Shown here piece after piece: positions 40,365 to 50,500 of a stretch of DNA of 64,000 nucleotides. Under the pieces are notes generated by a model. It did no database searches. It worked only from the letters and a program-made list of their open reading frames with translations, and had not been told where the DNA came from. The DNA comes from an uncultured delta proteobacterium (GTDB taxonomy: Bacteria; Myxococcota_A; Polyangia; Fen-1088). A program made the translations under genes and the position numbers. Location: NCBI GenBank assembly GCA_963796685.1, contig CAWCMR010000026.1:1-64000 (forward strand), read 5' to 3'. Positions within the stretch are counted from its first letter, which is position 1. Every line of letters starts with the position of its first letter.

Positions 40365-40601
40365 GTGAGCGATCTCGTTCGTACGAACAAGCTGCCCTAC
40401 GTCGTCAAGCTGGCGCGCGGGGACTACTACTGGTGCGCCTGCGGGTTGTCCAAGCGGCAGCCCTACTGCGACGGATCGCACCGAGGCACCCTGCACTCGC
40501 CCATGAAGGTCGCTCAAACCGAACCCGGCGAGGTCAAGCTGTGCGGCTGCAAGCAGTCGGCGACGAAGCCCTACTGCGATTGCACCCACGAAAAGCTGTA
40601 G
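40365..40601 (+). CDS. CDGSH iron-sulfur domain protein (two CDGSH-type motifs)
   Basis: WCACGLSKRQPYCDGSH and LCGCKQSATKPYCDCTH. Confidence 0.88.
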   Translation: MSDLVRTNKLPYVVKLARGDYYWCACGLSKRQPYCDGSHRGTLHSPMKVAQTEPGEVKLCGCKQSATKPYCDCTHEKL

Positions 40602-40681
40602 GATCGAGGTAGACGACCAAGCACGGGACGGCCCCCGGACGCTGGCGCGCCAGCGGAAGCACCCCGTGGTATCCTTCCCGA

Positions 40682-40876
40682 GTGGAACGTTCATTGCGAA
40701 CCTACCAAGACCCGACCGAGGCCGATGAGGCTGATCGGCGGTACTACGCCTCGCTCTCGCCGCAGGAGCGCCTGGACATGGTCGTCGAATTGGTGGACCG
40801 CTACCTGAGTACCTACGGTGAAGCTGCAGAAAGATTTGAAAGAGTTCATCGCATTGATGAACTCCCACGGCGTTGA
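40682..40876 (+). CDS. Small hypothetical protein, partner of the nucleotidyltransferase
   Basis: DRRYYASLSPQERL; overlaps the next gene; TATCCT 6 nt upstream (possibly leaderless). Confidence 0.6.
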   Translation: MERSLRTYQDPTEADEADRRYYASLSPQERLDMVVELVDRYLSTYGEAAERFERVHRIDELPRR

Positions 40877-41288
40877 CTACGTCGTGGTCGGGGGCCACGC
40901 CGTCGGATACCACGGTTATCCGCGCTTCACCGGAGACATCGATCTGTTCATCCGCTCGACGTCCGATAACGCAGTCCGCGTGCTGGCCGTGTTGAGAGCT
41001 TTCGGCTTTTCCGATCTGAGCGACGTCGAGTCGATCCTCTCGCAGCCTGGGAAGGTCGTTCAGCTCGGCCGCCCGCCCAATCGTATCGACATTCTGACCG
41101 GGATCAGCGGGGTCGATTTTGGCGAGGCCTCGGCAGGTGCCCAGCTCTCCCACCTGGATGGTGTCCCGGTGCGAATCATCGGACGGGCAGCGTTGCTCAA
41201 GAACAAGCGCGCCTCCGGCCGCGCGAAGGATCTGGCCGACGTCGAGGAACTGGAAAAGCTTCCGACTGGAAAGGGCCAGCAGAGCTAG
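40818..41288 (+). CDS. Minimal nucleotidyltransferase (DUF6036-like)
   Basis: VVGGHAV.YHGYPRFTGDID...KRASGRAKDLAD. Confidence 0.8.
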   Translation: MKLQKDLKEFIALMNSHGVDYVVVGGHAVGYHGYPRFTGDIDLFIRSTSDNAVRVLAVLRAFGFSDLSDVESILSQPGKVVQLGRPPNRIDILTGISGVDFGEASAGAQLSHLDGVPVRIIGRAALLKNKRASGRAKDLADVEELEKLPTGKGQQS

Positions 41289-42793
41289 ATCCGCCCGCCG
41301 GTGAGCGACATGCTGCTCTTGGGGGTGCGGCTCTCGTTGGCGGCGCTGACGCGTACGCCGGCGCGATCCACGACCGGGCAGCGGTTTTCGCACGTGCCGC
41401 AGCCGGTGCAGTGGTCGAGGTCGACATAGGGGAATTTCAGTGTCTTTTGTGTGCCGTCGCGGGCGGTGATGGTTTCGACCTTGAAGTAGATGGCCTTGGG
41501 CGAGGTCGGGCAAACCTCCTCGCACACGATGCACTCGGTGCCGTAGCCCCAGGGCAGGCAGCGGCCCTTGTCGAAGAAGGCCGAGCCGATGCGCACGGGC
41601 GGTTTGGCCGGCATGGCGCCGACCTTGTCCGCCACCTTGAGGTGCGTGATGGCCCCGGTAGGACAGACCTGTCCGCACAGGGTGCAGCTGCTTTCGCAGT
41701 AGCCGATGCGTGGAATCAGGATGGGCGACCAGAAGCCCTCCAGGCCTGCCTCGTAGAGCGCGGGTTGCAGGCCGCCGGTCGGGCACACCTTCATGCAGGC
41801 GTCGCACTTGAGGCACTTGGCGAGGAAGTCGGGTTCGTCGAGGGCGCCGGGTGGACGGATGCGCGCGGGGTTGGGGCGCGGATCCACGCCGTCGGAGGCA
41901 CGCATGAGAGGAACCGCCGCCACGCCCGCCACGCCCGCGGTGAGCCACTTGCGGCGGGACAGATCGGTCTCGACCTTCGCCAGCTTGAGACTGGGCAGGA
42001 AGCGGTAGGCGATGCCGCCGCGCTTGCAGCTGGTGGTGCAATTCAGGCACACCATGCACTCGGTGGCGCGCAGGGTGCCCTGCGGATCGGCGGCGCCCTG
42101 ACAGTCGGCGCCGCACACGTCGCACTCGTTGCAGCGGCTCAAGTCCTTGCTGATGCGGAAGAGCGAGAACTTGGACAGCAGTCCCAGAAACGCGCCGAGC
42201 GGACACAGCACGCGGCAGTAGAAACGCGGGTAGACGAAGTTGAGCGCCAAGGCGCCGAAGAAGACGATGGTGACGAGCGTTCCCCACTGGAAGTGGCGCT
42301 CGCCCTGGTAGAGGCCGAAGGCGGTGTTGCTGGCCGCCGGCAGGGCCGAGACGGACAGGCCGCGCCAGGTGGACGCGATGGGATCGAGAAGCCCGATCTG
42401 CACGCTGCCGGCCGCGGCCAGTCCCAGCATCACGGCCAGCACGGCGTACTTGATCTTGTGCGACGTGCGCGGGGCATTTTGCTCGACCCGCTGCAAGACC
42501 TTGCGCTTGCGGCCGAGGAAGCCGAGGAAATGGTGGAGCACCCCCATGGGGCACATCCAACTGCAGAAGAAGCGGCCGAACACCAGGGTCAGCACGATGA
42601 GCGGGAGCGACCACAAAAGCGCATGGTGCAGGGCGTGCGAGGCGAGCGCGGTGGTGAGCGCGACCAGCGGATCCAGCTCGAGGAACCACGGGACGTCGTA
42701 GCCGCGGATGAAGTGCGACGTCGTGGCGAAGACGAGGAAGAGAAAGAAGGCGAAAAAGACGGCTTGGTATGCCCGGCGCAACCAGAGGAACAT
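41285..42793 (-). CDS. Membrane polyferredoxin (NapH/MauN-like fused to NapG/MauM-like 4Fe-4S domains)
   Basis: GRFFCSWMCPMG, RFYCRVLCPLG, several CxxCxxCxxxCP motifs, IRPPGA. Confidence 0.85.
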   Translation of the reverse strand: MFLWLRRAYQAVFFAFFLFLVFATTSHFIRGYDVPWFLELDPLVALTTALASHALHHALLWSLPLIVLTLVFGRFFCSWMCPMGVLHHFLGFLGRKRKVLQRVEQNAPRTSHKIKYAVLAVMLGLAAAGSVQIGLLDPIASTWRGLSVSALPAASNTAFGLYQGERHFQWGTLVTIVFFGALALNFVYPRFYCRVLCPLGAFLGLLSKFSLFRISKDLSRCNECDVCGADCQGAADPQGTLRATECMVCLNCTTSCKRGGIAYRFLPSLKLAKVETDLSRRKWLTAGVAGVAAVPLMRASDGVDPRPNPARIRPPGALDEPDFLAKCLKCDACMKVCPTGGLQPALYEAGLEGFWSPILIPRIGYCESSCTLCGQVCPTGAITHLKVADKVGAMPAKPPVRIGSAFFDKGRCLPWGYGTECIVCEEVCPTSPKAIYFKVETITARDGTQKTLKFPYVDLDHCTGCGTCENRCPVVDRAGVRVSAANESRTPKSSMSLTGGRI

Positions 42794-42795
42794 GG

Positions 42796-43848
42796 CTAAC
42801 CTCCCAGCTCCACGGTCTTGAGGCTTCGCCACTCGGACGTGCCCAGGCCGGCCTTCACTCCCTCGACGATGAACCCGAGGCTGGCGGGCGACAGACCGAG
42901 CAGCCCGGCGCCGAAGGCGTCGAGGGCGACCTCGTCGCAGCTGACCGCGATGGTGTCCATCTCCTTCACGTCGGCCAGGCTGCCGCCGGTGGGACCGTTG
43001 GCCAGCAGGATTCGCGTGGCGTCCATGACCGTGAGGGTGGGCTTGATCATGGAGGCCAGATCGACAATGGAGAGGTGGATGTTTTGGTGCAGCTTCACGC
43101 GCTGGCCGCCCAGCATGCCGTACCAATTCTTCATGGCCATGGTGGCGCCGGACAGGCCGTGCTGCTTGACCACGGGGATGTTGATCACCCGGTCGGCCTC
43201 GACGAAGGGGAACAGCACGTCGGCCGTGCGCAGCAGCTTGCCCGCCACGTCGACCTCGCGAAACGCTGGGGCATCGGGCCGCACCACGGTGGCACCGGCG
43301 GCCTTGGCAGCCTTCTCGATGCCCGAGCGGGCAAAGCACTGTTCGGGGGTATTCACCGAGACGTCGGTGACCCAGATCTTGCCGGCGCCGGCCGCGGCGA
43401 CCAATCTCACCACCTCGGCCACCACGTCGGGATTGGTGTTGGCGGCCTGTTCGGGCAGACGGTTCCAACCGATGTTGGGCTTGATGACCACGCGCTCGCC
43501 GCGTTTCACGAAGCGGCCCATGCCGCCCATGGCCTCGACGGCGCGGCGGACATTGGCCGCAGCATCGGACCCGCGCGCGATGGCCATCTCCACCGTGCCT
43601 TGGATCTTCTGCACGCGGTGATCTTTCAACTTGGGCAGGGTCTTGCTCTTGCCGTGGTGGTCGCGAGCGCTCAGCCCGAGCCCCAGGGCCACCGATCCGG
43701 CGGCCATGGCGGCGGTGAGCCCCACGCGGAACAGGGCGCGCCGATTCATCCCGTCCCCTTCACCCATGCCGTCCGGGTTCTTGCCACCTTCGCGCAGCCG
43801 CGCCTCGGGCACGACGTCGCCAGGGCGCGGGGGATCGCCGTTGCTCAT
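42796..43848 (-). CDS. Tat-exported DUF362 protein (paralog 1)
   Basis: NRRALF; VIKPNIGW, INIPVVKQH..AMKN, DATRILL.NGP and VALDA. Confidence 0.8.
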   Translation of the reverse strand: MSNGDPPRPGDVVPEARLREGGKNPDGMGEGDGMNRRALFRVGLTAAMAAGSVALGLGLSARDHHGKSKTLPKLKDHRVQKIQGTVEMAIARGSDAAANVRRAVEAMGGMGRFVKRGERVVIKPNIGWNRLPEQAANTNPDVVAEVVRLVAAAGAGKIWVTDVSVNTPEQCFARSGIEKAAKAAGATVVRPDAPAFREVDVAGKLLRTADVLFPFVEADRVINIPVVKQHGLSGATMAMKNWYGMLGGQRVKLHQNIHLSIVDLASMIKPTLTVMDATRILLANGPTGGSLADVKEMDTIAVSCDEVALDAFGAGLLGLSPASLGFIVEGVKAGLGTSEWRSLKTVELGG

Positions 43849-44420
43849 TTCATCTTCTCCTTCAGCGCACGCGCCACCACCGGCAACGCTGCCTCGGCTT
43901 TGGCATCGAAGGCGGTCAATTTGGTGTAGTAGCGGCCGTGGTGAAATACCAACGACATGGGGCCGACGATGGCCTCGGGCCAGCCTTCCACGAACTTGGC
44001 GGTGGCGGATTTCTCTTTGTCGAAAATCGCCTGGGCATTTTCGGGTGTGGCCATGTCGTACACGTCGCACACCAGGTCGCTACCCTCGGGCGTCGCCATC
44101 TCGGCAGCGGCCAACTTGCGGAAGTGGCGTTCGATGAAGATGGGCGCGGCGCCGTCGATGTAGTCGAAGAGGCCCTTCTCGTCGTACAGCGCGACTTTCT
44201 CCTTGACCCTCGCGCCCGTGGGAGCCGGCTCGAAAAGCGCGCGCAGGGCAGCGTCCGCCTCTTGCCCGCTCGGGCGCGCCAACGCGGGCGAGTGCTCGAC
44301 GGGCGGCGCCTTGTGGCCTTGCCAGACAAGGGTACCGATGAGGGTCGGCGGGATCACGGCCAGGACTGCGAAGACGAGGATGCGCACGGGACTGCGAAGA
44401 GGGTATGTCGGGAACGGCAT
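43845..44420 (-). CDS. Membrane-anchored DUF6599-like protein
   Basis: TM helix; LFDYIDGAAPIF, DVYDMATPENA.AIF and GRYYTKL. Confidence 0.65.
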   Translation of the reverse strand: MPFPTYPLRSPVRILVFAVLAVIPPTLIGTLVWQGHKAPPVEHSPALARPSGQEADAALRALFEPAPTGARVKEKVALYDEKGLFDYIDGAAPIFIERHFRKLAAAEMATPEGSDLVCDVYDMATPENAQAIFDKEKSATAKFVEGWPEAIVGPMSLVFHHGRYYTKLTAFDAKAEAALPVVARALKEKMK

Positions 44421-44444
44421 GCCGATCAAGGCCGACCGCAGCGT

Positions 44445-44456
44445 AATTCCGGAATT
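44445..44456. promoter_or_regulatory. Perfect palindrome in a divergent promoter (operator candidate)
   Basis: AATTCCGGAATT. Confidence 0.45.
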
Positions 44457-44546
44457 GCGGTATCGCAGTGAGGTGTGGATAATGACCTCGCTCGGCCGGG
44501 GATGTTCCTGGCAGAAGGCCGACTGGTTCCAGCGAAGGAGGATACG

Positions 44547-45219
44547 ATGACTCGTCTAGGCTCTATGATTTCGTGCACCGCACTTGGATTGGGTGCCGTG
44601 CTTTCGGGTTGTGGAGGCGGCGGCAGCAGCGGCGGCGGGGGCGGCGCCTCCAGCGCGCTGGATCTCATTCTCGCGAGCAACGCGGTTGGGGGATGGGCAT
44701 TCGACAACAGCGATTCGCATCTCACGAACGGACCTGCCACTGCCACGACCGAAGCGGCTACCGGCGCGCTCATCGATGGCGCCTCGGCCGACTTCTTCGC
44801 AGCCCCCAGCACCCCGGTGCAATTTGCCTGGATGAACTACCTGAACACGAGCATCAGCACGGCAGACACCACCAGCGGTGCCCCGGACCAGTACTTCCCG
44901 AAAGGGGCCACCCTAACGCTCTATGTTTTGCAGATGCCCAACGCAACCCAAGTATCGGGGCTCTACTCCTCGCTGCTCAGTGCCTCGCTCTACGTCGGGA
45001 AAACCTGGACTGAGCCGAGCCTCTCCAGAGGTCGGAACCGATTCTCGTATCGCCAACACGGGGGATCACTGGTGGATCAATTTCTACAAGGGCAACTTCT
45101 ACGTCGAGGTGAGCGTCGGTCCATCGTACAGCCCTCCGCCCGATTACACGCCACCGGAAAACGCGGCCACCAAGGCGGAGGCATTCGCCTTCGCCTCGGC
45201 GGTTGCGGCGAAGATCTGA
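44547..45219 (+). CDS. DUF6599-like lipoprotein; frameshift near 45020
   Basis: AAGGAGG RBS, lipobox LSGC, ALIDGASADF, LYVLQMP and FYKGNFYVEV. Confidence 0.55.
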
Positions 45220-45221
45220 TC

Positions 45222-46433
45222 TCACCCCATCGGGTCGGCCTCGTCAGCGGCGCCGCTATCGATGGTGGCGCCCCCATCGATGGCCGGGGTGCCATCCGCC
45301 GCCAGGGCGACCAGGGTGTAGTCCTTGGTCCCGATGCCTAGCTGGTGGGCGCCGTCGAGCCAGACTGTGATGTCTGCGGCGACGGCGTCGGAAGGTTTTT
45401 GATTGTGAAAGGGAGTAGTGCGTAGCTGGTTGATGAGATCCAAGGCGTAACGATCCAAGGCCAGGGGATCCATGGATGCGAAGATACGCCCCGGAAAACG
45501 GTCGACAGGGGAGGCTGTGTCACCCACTGCGACGGCCTGCAATGCGTCCACGATCGTGAGCTTGATGCTGTTGCGGATCTGCGGGATGTTGTAGAGGGCG
45601 GGCAAGGCCGTCGGCAGGTCGATACCGTTGGCCTTGTCGGTGTGGAAGCTGCCCGGAATGTCGATGATGCCGAAGATGTTCTTCAGGGCGACGGTGATGC
45701 CGGATTGGTTGTGGTATTTGAGCACCGGGCAATTGATGGTCACGTCGGTCATCTCGGTCAGGATGCGCGAAAGGCGAGGGGTCAAGCCTTGGAAGGTTCC
45801 GAAGAACTGGTCGGAATAGCGCGGGCCGTGCCAGTCCTTGAGGGTTACGACGGTGCCCAGCAGTTGCGCACCCTGCAAATGCTCGTCGGTATACTTCCCG
45901 GCACCCTTCAATTCGTCGAGCTGCCTATCCCAGACGATGATATTGCCGGGGCAGACATCGGTGTGAGTCTGCAGGTTCTTGATGATGGCTCGAACCAGCG
46001 CCGGCGATGTCGGGAAATGCGAATTGAGGCAATTGACCTTGAGGCCGATCCGCGTACATGTGCCGATATTCGGCAGAAGAACCGACCATGGGTTGGCAGC
46101 GCCGCCAGCCAGAGTCGATAGAACCGCATCGACCATCTCTGCGACCACGTCGAGCTGAGGCTGCGCGAGGCTCTTGCCGGTGGCGTCGATGCTGTCGTCA
46201 CGTTGGATGGTGACGACGGTCGAGGCTCCTGTCATCGGGCCGGAGGATCGCTCCTCCGCGACGATACCGCCGTCGGGTGGGCTGCAACCGCAGGTCGACG
46301 CAACCGCAGCATCGGGCCAGGTGCCGCCGACGTCGGGGAAGCAGCCCGCCACACCACCCAGGGACGCCGCCGCTGCCGCACTGGCCGCGCCGGCCAATAT
46401 TTCTCGTCGGGTCAGTCCTGGCTTGTCCGCCAT
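45222..46433 (-). CDS. Tat lipoprotein, DUF362 (paralog 2)
   Basis: TRREIL..VAGC; GLKVNC, INCPVLKYH..ALKN and DPLALD. Confidence 0.75.
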   Translation of the reverse strand: MADKPGLTRREILAGAASAAAAASLGGVAGCFPDVGGTWPDAAVASTCGCSPPDGGIVAEERSSGPMTGASTVVTIQRDDSIDATGKSLAQPQLDVVAEMVDAVLSTLAGGAANPWSVLLPNIGTCTRIGLKVNCLNSHFPTSPALVRAIIKNLQTHTDVCPGNIIVWDRQLDELKGAGKYTDEHLQGAQLLGTVVTLKDWHGPRYSDQFFGTFQGLTPRLSRILTEMTDVTINCPVLKYHNQSGITVALKNIFGIIDIPGSFHTDKANGIDLPTALPALYNIPQIRNSIKLTIVDALQAVAVGDTASPVDRFPGRIFASMDPLALDRYALDLINQLRTTPFHNQKPSDAVAADITVWLDGAHQLGIGTKDYTLVALAADGTPAIDGGATIDSGAADEADPMG

Positions 46434-46467
46434 GTGTTCTTGCCTCCCGCGGAACGAAAACTGGAAA

Positions 46468-46490
46468 ATCCGAAATTCGGAAATTCGGAT
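46468..46490. promoter_or_regulatory. Palindromic operator candidate in a divergent promoter
   Basis: ATCCGAA-N9-TTCGGAT, containing AATTCGGAAATT. Confidence 0.5.
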
Positions 46491-46605
46491 GAAGATTAGC
46501 ACATAGATCTTCCGCGCTCTGATACAATTCTCCGCGGTCGGAGTGGGGCATGGGCTTTCTCAACGACGGCGTTCGGCGCAGTCACAACCGATAAGGAATC
46601 CCGCC

Positions 46606-47517
46606 ATGAAAGTCATTTCTCGACGTAGCTTCGTAGGTGGCTCGATCGCAGCGGCCGCGGCCCTGAAGTACGGCCGGGTCTTTGCCGCGGGCAGCACCCC
46701 TGACATCGTCGACGTGTCGGGAAGCGATCCCGCGAAGATGGTCGCGGCTGCGCTGGCGGGGCTCGGGGGCATCTCGAAGTTCGTAAAGAAGGGCGATTTT
46801 GTCGTCATCAAGCCCAACGCGGCGTTTGCGAACCCGCCGGCCTGGGGAACCACCACCCATCCCGAGACCGTGGTGGCCATTGCCAAGGCCTGCCTGGATG
46901 CCAAGGCCAAAGAGGTCTTGATCCTGGAATTTCCCCAAGCCAAAGGTGAGAAGTGTCTGGAACGCTGCGGGCTGACGGCCGCGATGGCCGCGCTGCCGGC
47001 GGCGAAGGTCAAGCTGCTGAGCGGCGCCGGGGATTTCCAGAAAGTCGATGTGAAAGGTGGGGTAACGCTGAAGTCGGTCGAGGTCGCCAAGGCGATACTT
47101 TCGGCCGATGTGTTCATCAACGTGCCTGCCGCCAAGGCGCACTACCAGGCCGGGGTTTCCCTCGGGCTCAAGAACCACATGGGGCTCATTTTCGACCGCC
47201 AAGCCTTCCACACCGCGATGGAGCTGCACCAGGCGGTCGCCGACTTGGGACGCGTGATCGTCCCCAATCTGACCATTCTCGATGCCACACGGGCGCTGCT
47301 GACCAATGGCCCGGCGGGACCTGGCGACACCGCGACGCCGGGACGCATGGTGGCCGGCCGTAAGGTCGTGTCGGTGGACGCCTACGGCCTCACCGTGGCC
47401 AAGTTCAACAACAAAATCATGACCCCGGCGGAAGTGCGTTACATCGAGCTCGCAGGCAAGGCTGGCCTTGGTGAAATCGACATCGCCAAGATGAAAGTCA
47501 AGAAAGTCAACGCGTAG
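46606..47517 (+). CDS. Tat-exported DUF362 protein (paralog 3)
   Basis: SRRSFV; VIKPNAAF, INVPAAKAH..GLKN and DATRALLTNGP. Confidence 0.82.
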   Translation: MKVISRRSFVGGSIAAAAALKYGRVFAAGSTPDIVDVSGSDPAKMVAAALAGLGGISKFVKKGDFVVIKPNAAFANPPAWGTTTHPETVVAIAKACLDAKAKEVLILEFPQAKGEKCLERCGLTAAMAALPAAKVKLLSGAGDFQKVDVKGGVTLKSVEVAKAILSADVFINVPAAKAHYQAGVSLGLKNHMGLIFDRQAFHTAMELHQAVADLGRVIVPNLTILDATRALLTNGPAGPGDTATPGRMVAGRKVVSVDAYGLTVAKFNNKIMTPAEVRYIELAGKAGLGEIDIAKMKVKKVNA

Positions 47518-47526
47518 CGCGTATCC

Positions 47527-50500
47527 ATGAAACGCGCGGTCTTTGTCGTGGCCGCGGTGGCGCTGGCGTACGCGGCTCCATCGTGGGGCCGCACTCCTGA
47601 AATTGCCGTCGATCCCGTCAATGGCATCTGGATCGCGCAGGACGACAAGTTCATCTTTCAGACCCTCGACCGTTGGACTGTCTTTTCGGCGGGCGCGACC
47701 GTCAACAAGCTGGTCGTGGATCAGAACATCCTGTGGATCGCCACCGACGACGGGGTCATCCGTTTCGAGACCGGCAGCCAGCGATCGACCAAGCTGACCA
47801 TGGATGACGGCCTTCCCAGCCAGCGGGTCAGCACCGTCGCTTTCGACGACCAGTACGTTTGGTTCGGCACCAACAAGGGCCTGGTGCGCTACCGCAAGAC
47901 GGATCGCACGCTCAAGTTGTACGACGAAACCAACGGCCTGCCGAACAAGGCGGTCACCTACGCTGTCACCATCGGTCGGCAGGTCTGGTTCGGCACCCAC
48001 GCCGGAATCGCCGTGTTCAGCCCCGACGTCGATGGCTTGCGCGCGTTCGGCGAGGTGGACGGCATGGCCTCGGGCGACGTCGCCGAGCTGTTTCAGGTCG
48101 GCAGCGATCTGTGGTGTCGCACCGATGTCGGGTTGTCGCGTTTTCGCATTCAACAACGCGTGTTCAACAACTTCCCTCTGACCCTGATGGGCGCGCAGCA
48201 ACTGCGCGTGATGTCGGTCGACGGCGCCGACATTTGGCTCGGAACCGACAACGGCCTCTACCAGTTCCAAGACGCCAGCGACAGTATCATTCCCTTTCCT
48301 CAGCAATCCGCGCTGGGCAGCAAGATGATCGTCGGCGTCGAGCCAACCAGCTCCTACGTCTATATCACCACCGACAAAGAGGTCCTGCAATACAGCCGCA
48401 CCTCGCTGGCCATTCGTCGGTGGACGGCGGCCGAGGGACTCACCCATCAGGAGGGCTCGACGGGCACCCTGACCCAGGGTGGTTTCTTCACCGTCATGTT
48501 TCCCGACTCGGCCGAGATGTACAACATCCAGCTCGACCAGTGGACAGATCGGAAGATAGAGGTGAAGGCCGGCAGCGGCAATAGGACCACGGCGCGCGTG
48601 TTTGGCCAGCTCGACTCGGAAATGCCCTACAACAACGTCCATCTGGGTCCTGGCTTCCTTCACGGAACGCCCGATTCCGAGAACCAGTATGCCAATGCCA
48701 CGGGCGGCTTTGGCTTCGGACAGCAGCTCGACAAGGATCGGACCTTCAACGGCTCCGTGTATCTCGACTACGGTCAGCTCAACGCGAGTGGAATTCGCGA
48801 TTTGCAATACAAGATCGAGTACCTCGGCAACCAGAACGATGTCGTACGCGACGTGCGCATCGAAGACAAGTTGAAGTATCGCTACGTGGAAGAAGGGTTG
48901 GAGAGGCAGCTCCTGCTCCAGGGGGCCCATGTGGGCTTGGCCACCCCGGGGGCCGAGCCCAAGGTGAGCATGACCGCCGACGCAGGCTTTCGTCGCGGGC
49001 AGGTCGTGCGCGACTTCATCACCGGTCCGCGGCAAGAGACCTATCAACTCTCGCAGAAGTACATTCTGCCCGGAACCGACAGGGTCTATGTGGACGGCGA
49101 GTTGCTCAACAACGGGACCGACTACACCATCGTCTACACCGCCGGGCAACTGCTCTTCCTCAATCCCGAGCGCATCGACGATCTGAGCGTCATCACGGTC
49201 GAGTACGAGCACGACCTCGTACCCAAGAAGGACCTGGGAAATCTTTCCTTGTCCTCCAGGCTGCCGGTGACCAATGAAATCGGAAATTGGGCGCTTTCCG
49301 GAACGCCCACCATCGTCAGCAGCGACACCGCCCTTTACAACCAAATTGACGGCGGCGCACCCAAGTACATCGATCGGGGTTGGATTAGCGGCGTGTACGC
49401 CACCTACCAGCAAGGCGGCAGCAGCATCCAGGTCGCCATCCACAACATGGGCACCGCGGACTTCGCACAATCCCTTTATCAATTCGATCTGCCGGTCTCG
49501 CGCCTGACACTCAATACGCTGCCCGACGGCACGGTCAACGCGGTCGTGGACATGGGCTTGCCCAGCGCCTACGCGGCCGAGGCCGTCGTCGATCAGTACG
49601 TCATCGAGGTGTCCATCGACGACCGTTCGGATGCGGCGCTGGCCTACATCAAGACCTTCACCATGGAGATTCTCAATCGCAGCAAGCAGGCCGGTGCGAG
49701 CCTTGGCGATCAATTCAAGGAATGGATGGTGGCCACGAGAGTTGCCGCCTCGCCCGTCAGCGGCATGGAAATTGGTGCGCGCGCTGTCGAGCTGCAACAG
49801 ATGTCGGACACCCGGGATGCCAACGGCAATCTCATCAGCCCGGCCTTGCACCTGACCACCGGGGCGCTCGATGGTCGCTATCAGACGAAGGTAGGCGAGG
49901 GCGGGCTTATGACCGGTTACGCCGAAATGGCGGGCTCGCACGATTCGACCGGCCCGCGACCCGACGGCTTGGCCGGAATGGCCTTTCTGCGTCTATCCAG
50001 CCCGACCCTCGAAGGCATGCTGTCCGGCCGACTGAACTCGGAAGGGTGGACGCCCATTGGCCATACCACGCCGACCCCCGTCGATCCCTCGACGAGAACC
50101 TGGAACGATGCGCGACTGGGGACCTTGCGCGACGAGACCCGTTTCAACGTCACCGGCTATCCCGTGGCGTGGTTGCCGATTACCGCGCTGTTCACCCGGC
50201 AACGTGCCTGGCTGCCTGACGGAAGTGGAGGCACGGGCACGCTCCAACATGCCATCGCACGGGTGCAGCTCAACAAGGCCGGCCTGCCCGGCACCACCCT
50301 GCAGCTCGGCAGCACCGAGCTCGACAATCCCAACGGCTTTCAGACCCATCGTTTGCAGGGCTCCCTGCAAACAGACTACGATCTCGCGCCCGCGCTCTCT
50401 TTCACCCATCTCAAGAAATTCAATATTCGGGCGCTCTACAGTCTCTCGCAAGGCGAGACCGACGAGAATGGCACATACGCCTATGAGGATCGGGTGCGAT

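Noticed and set aside
41285-43468. 727-aa ORF, and the 730/736-aa ORFs over the ABC genes
   Set aside because: N-terminal extensions overlap upstream genes; true starts are 42793, 52723 and 53940
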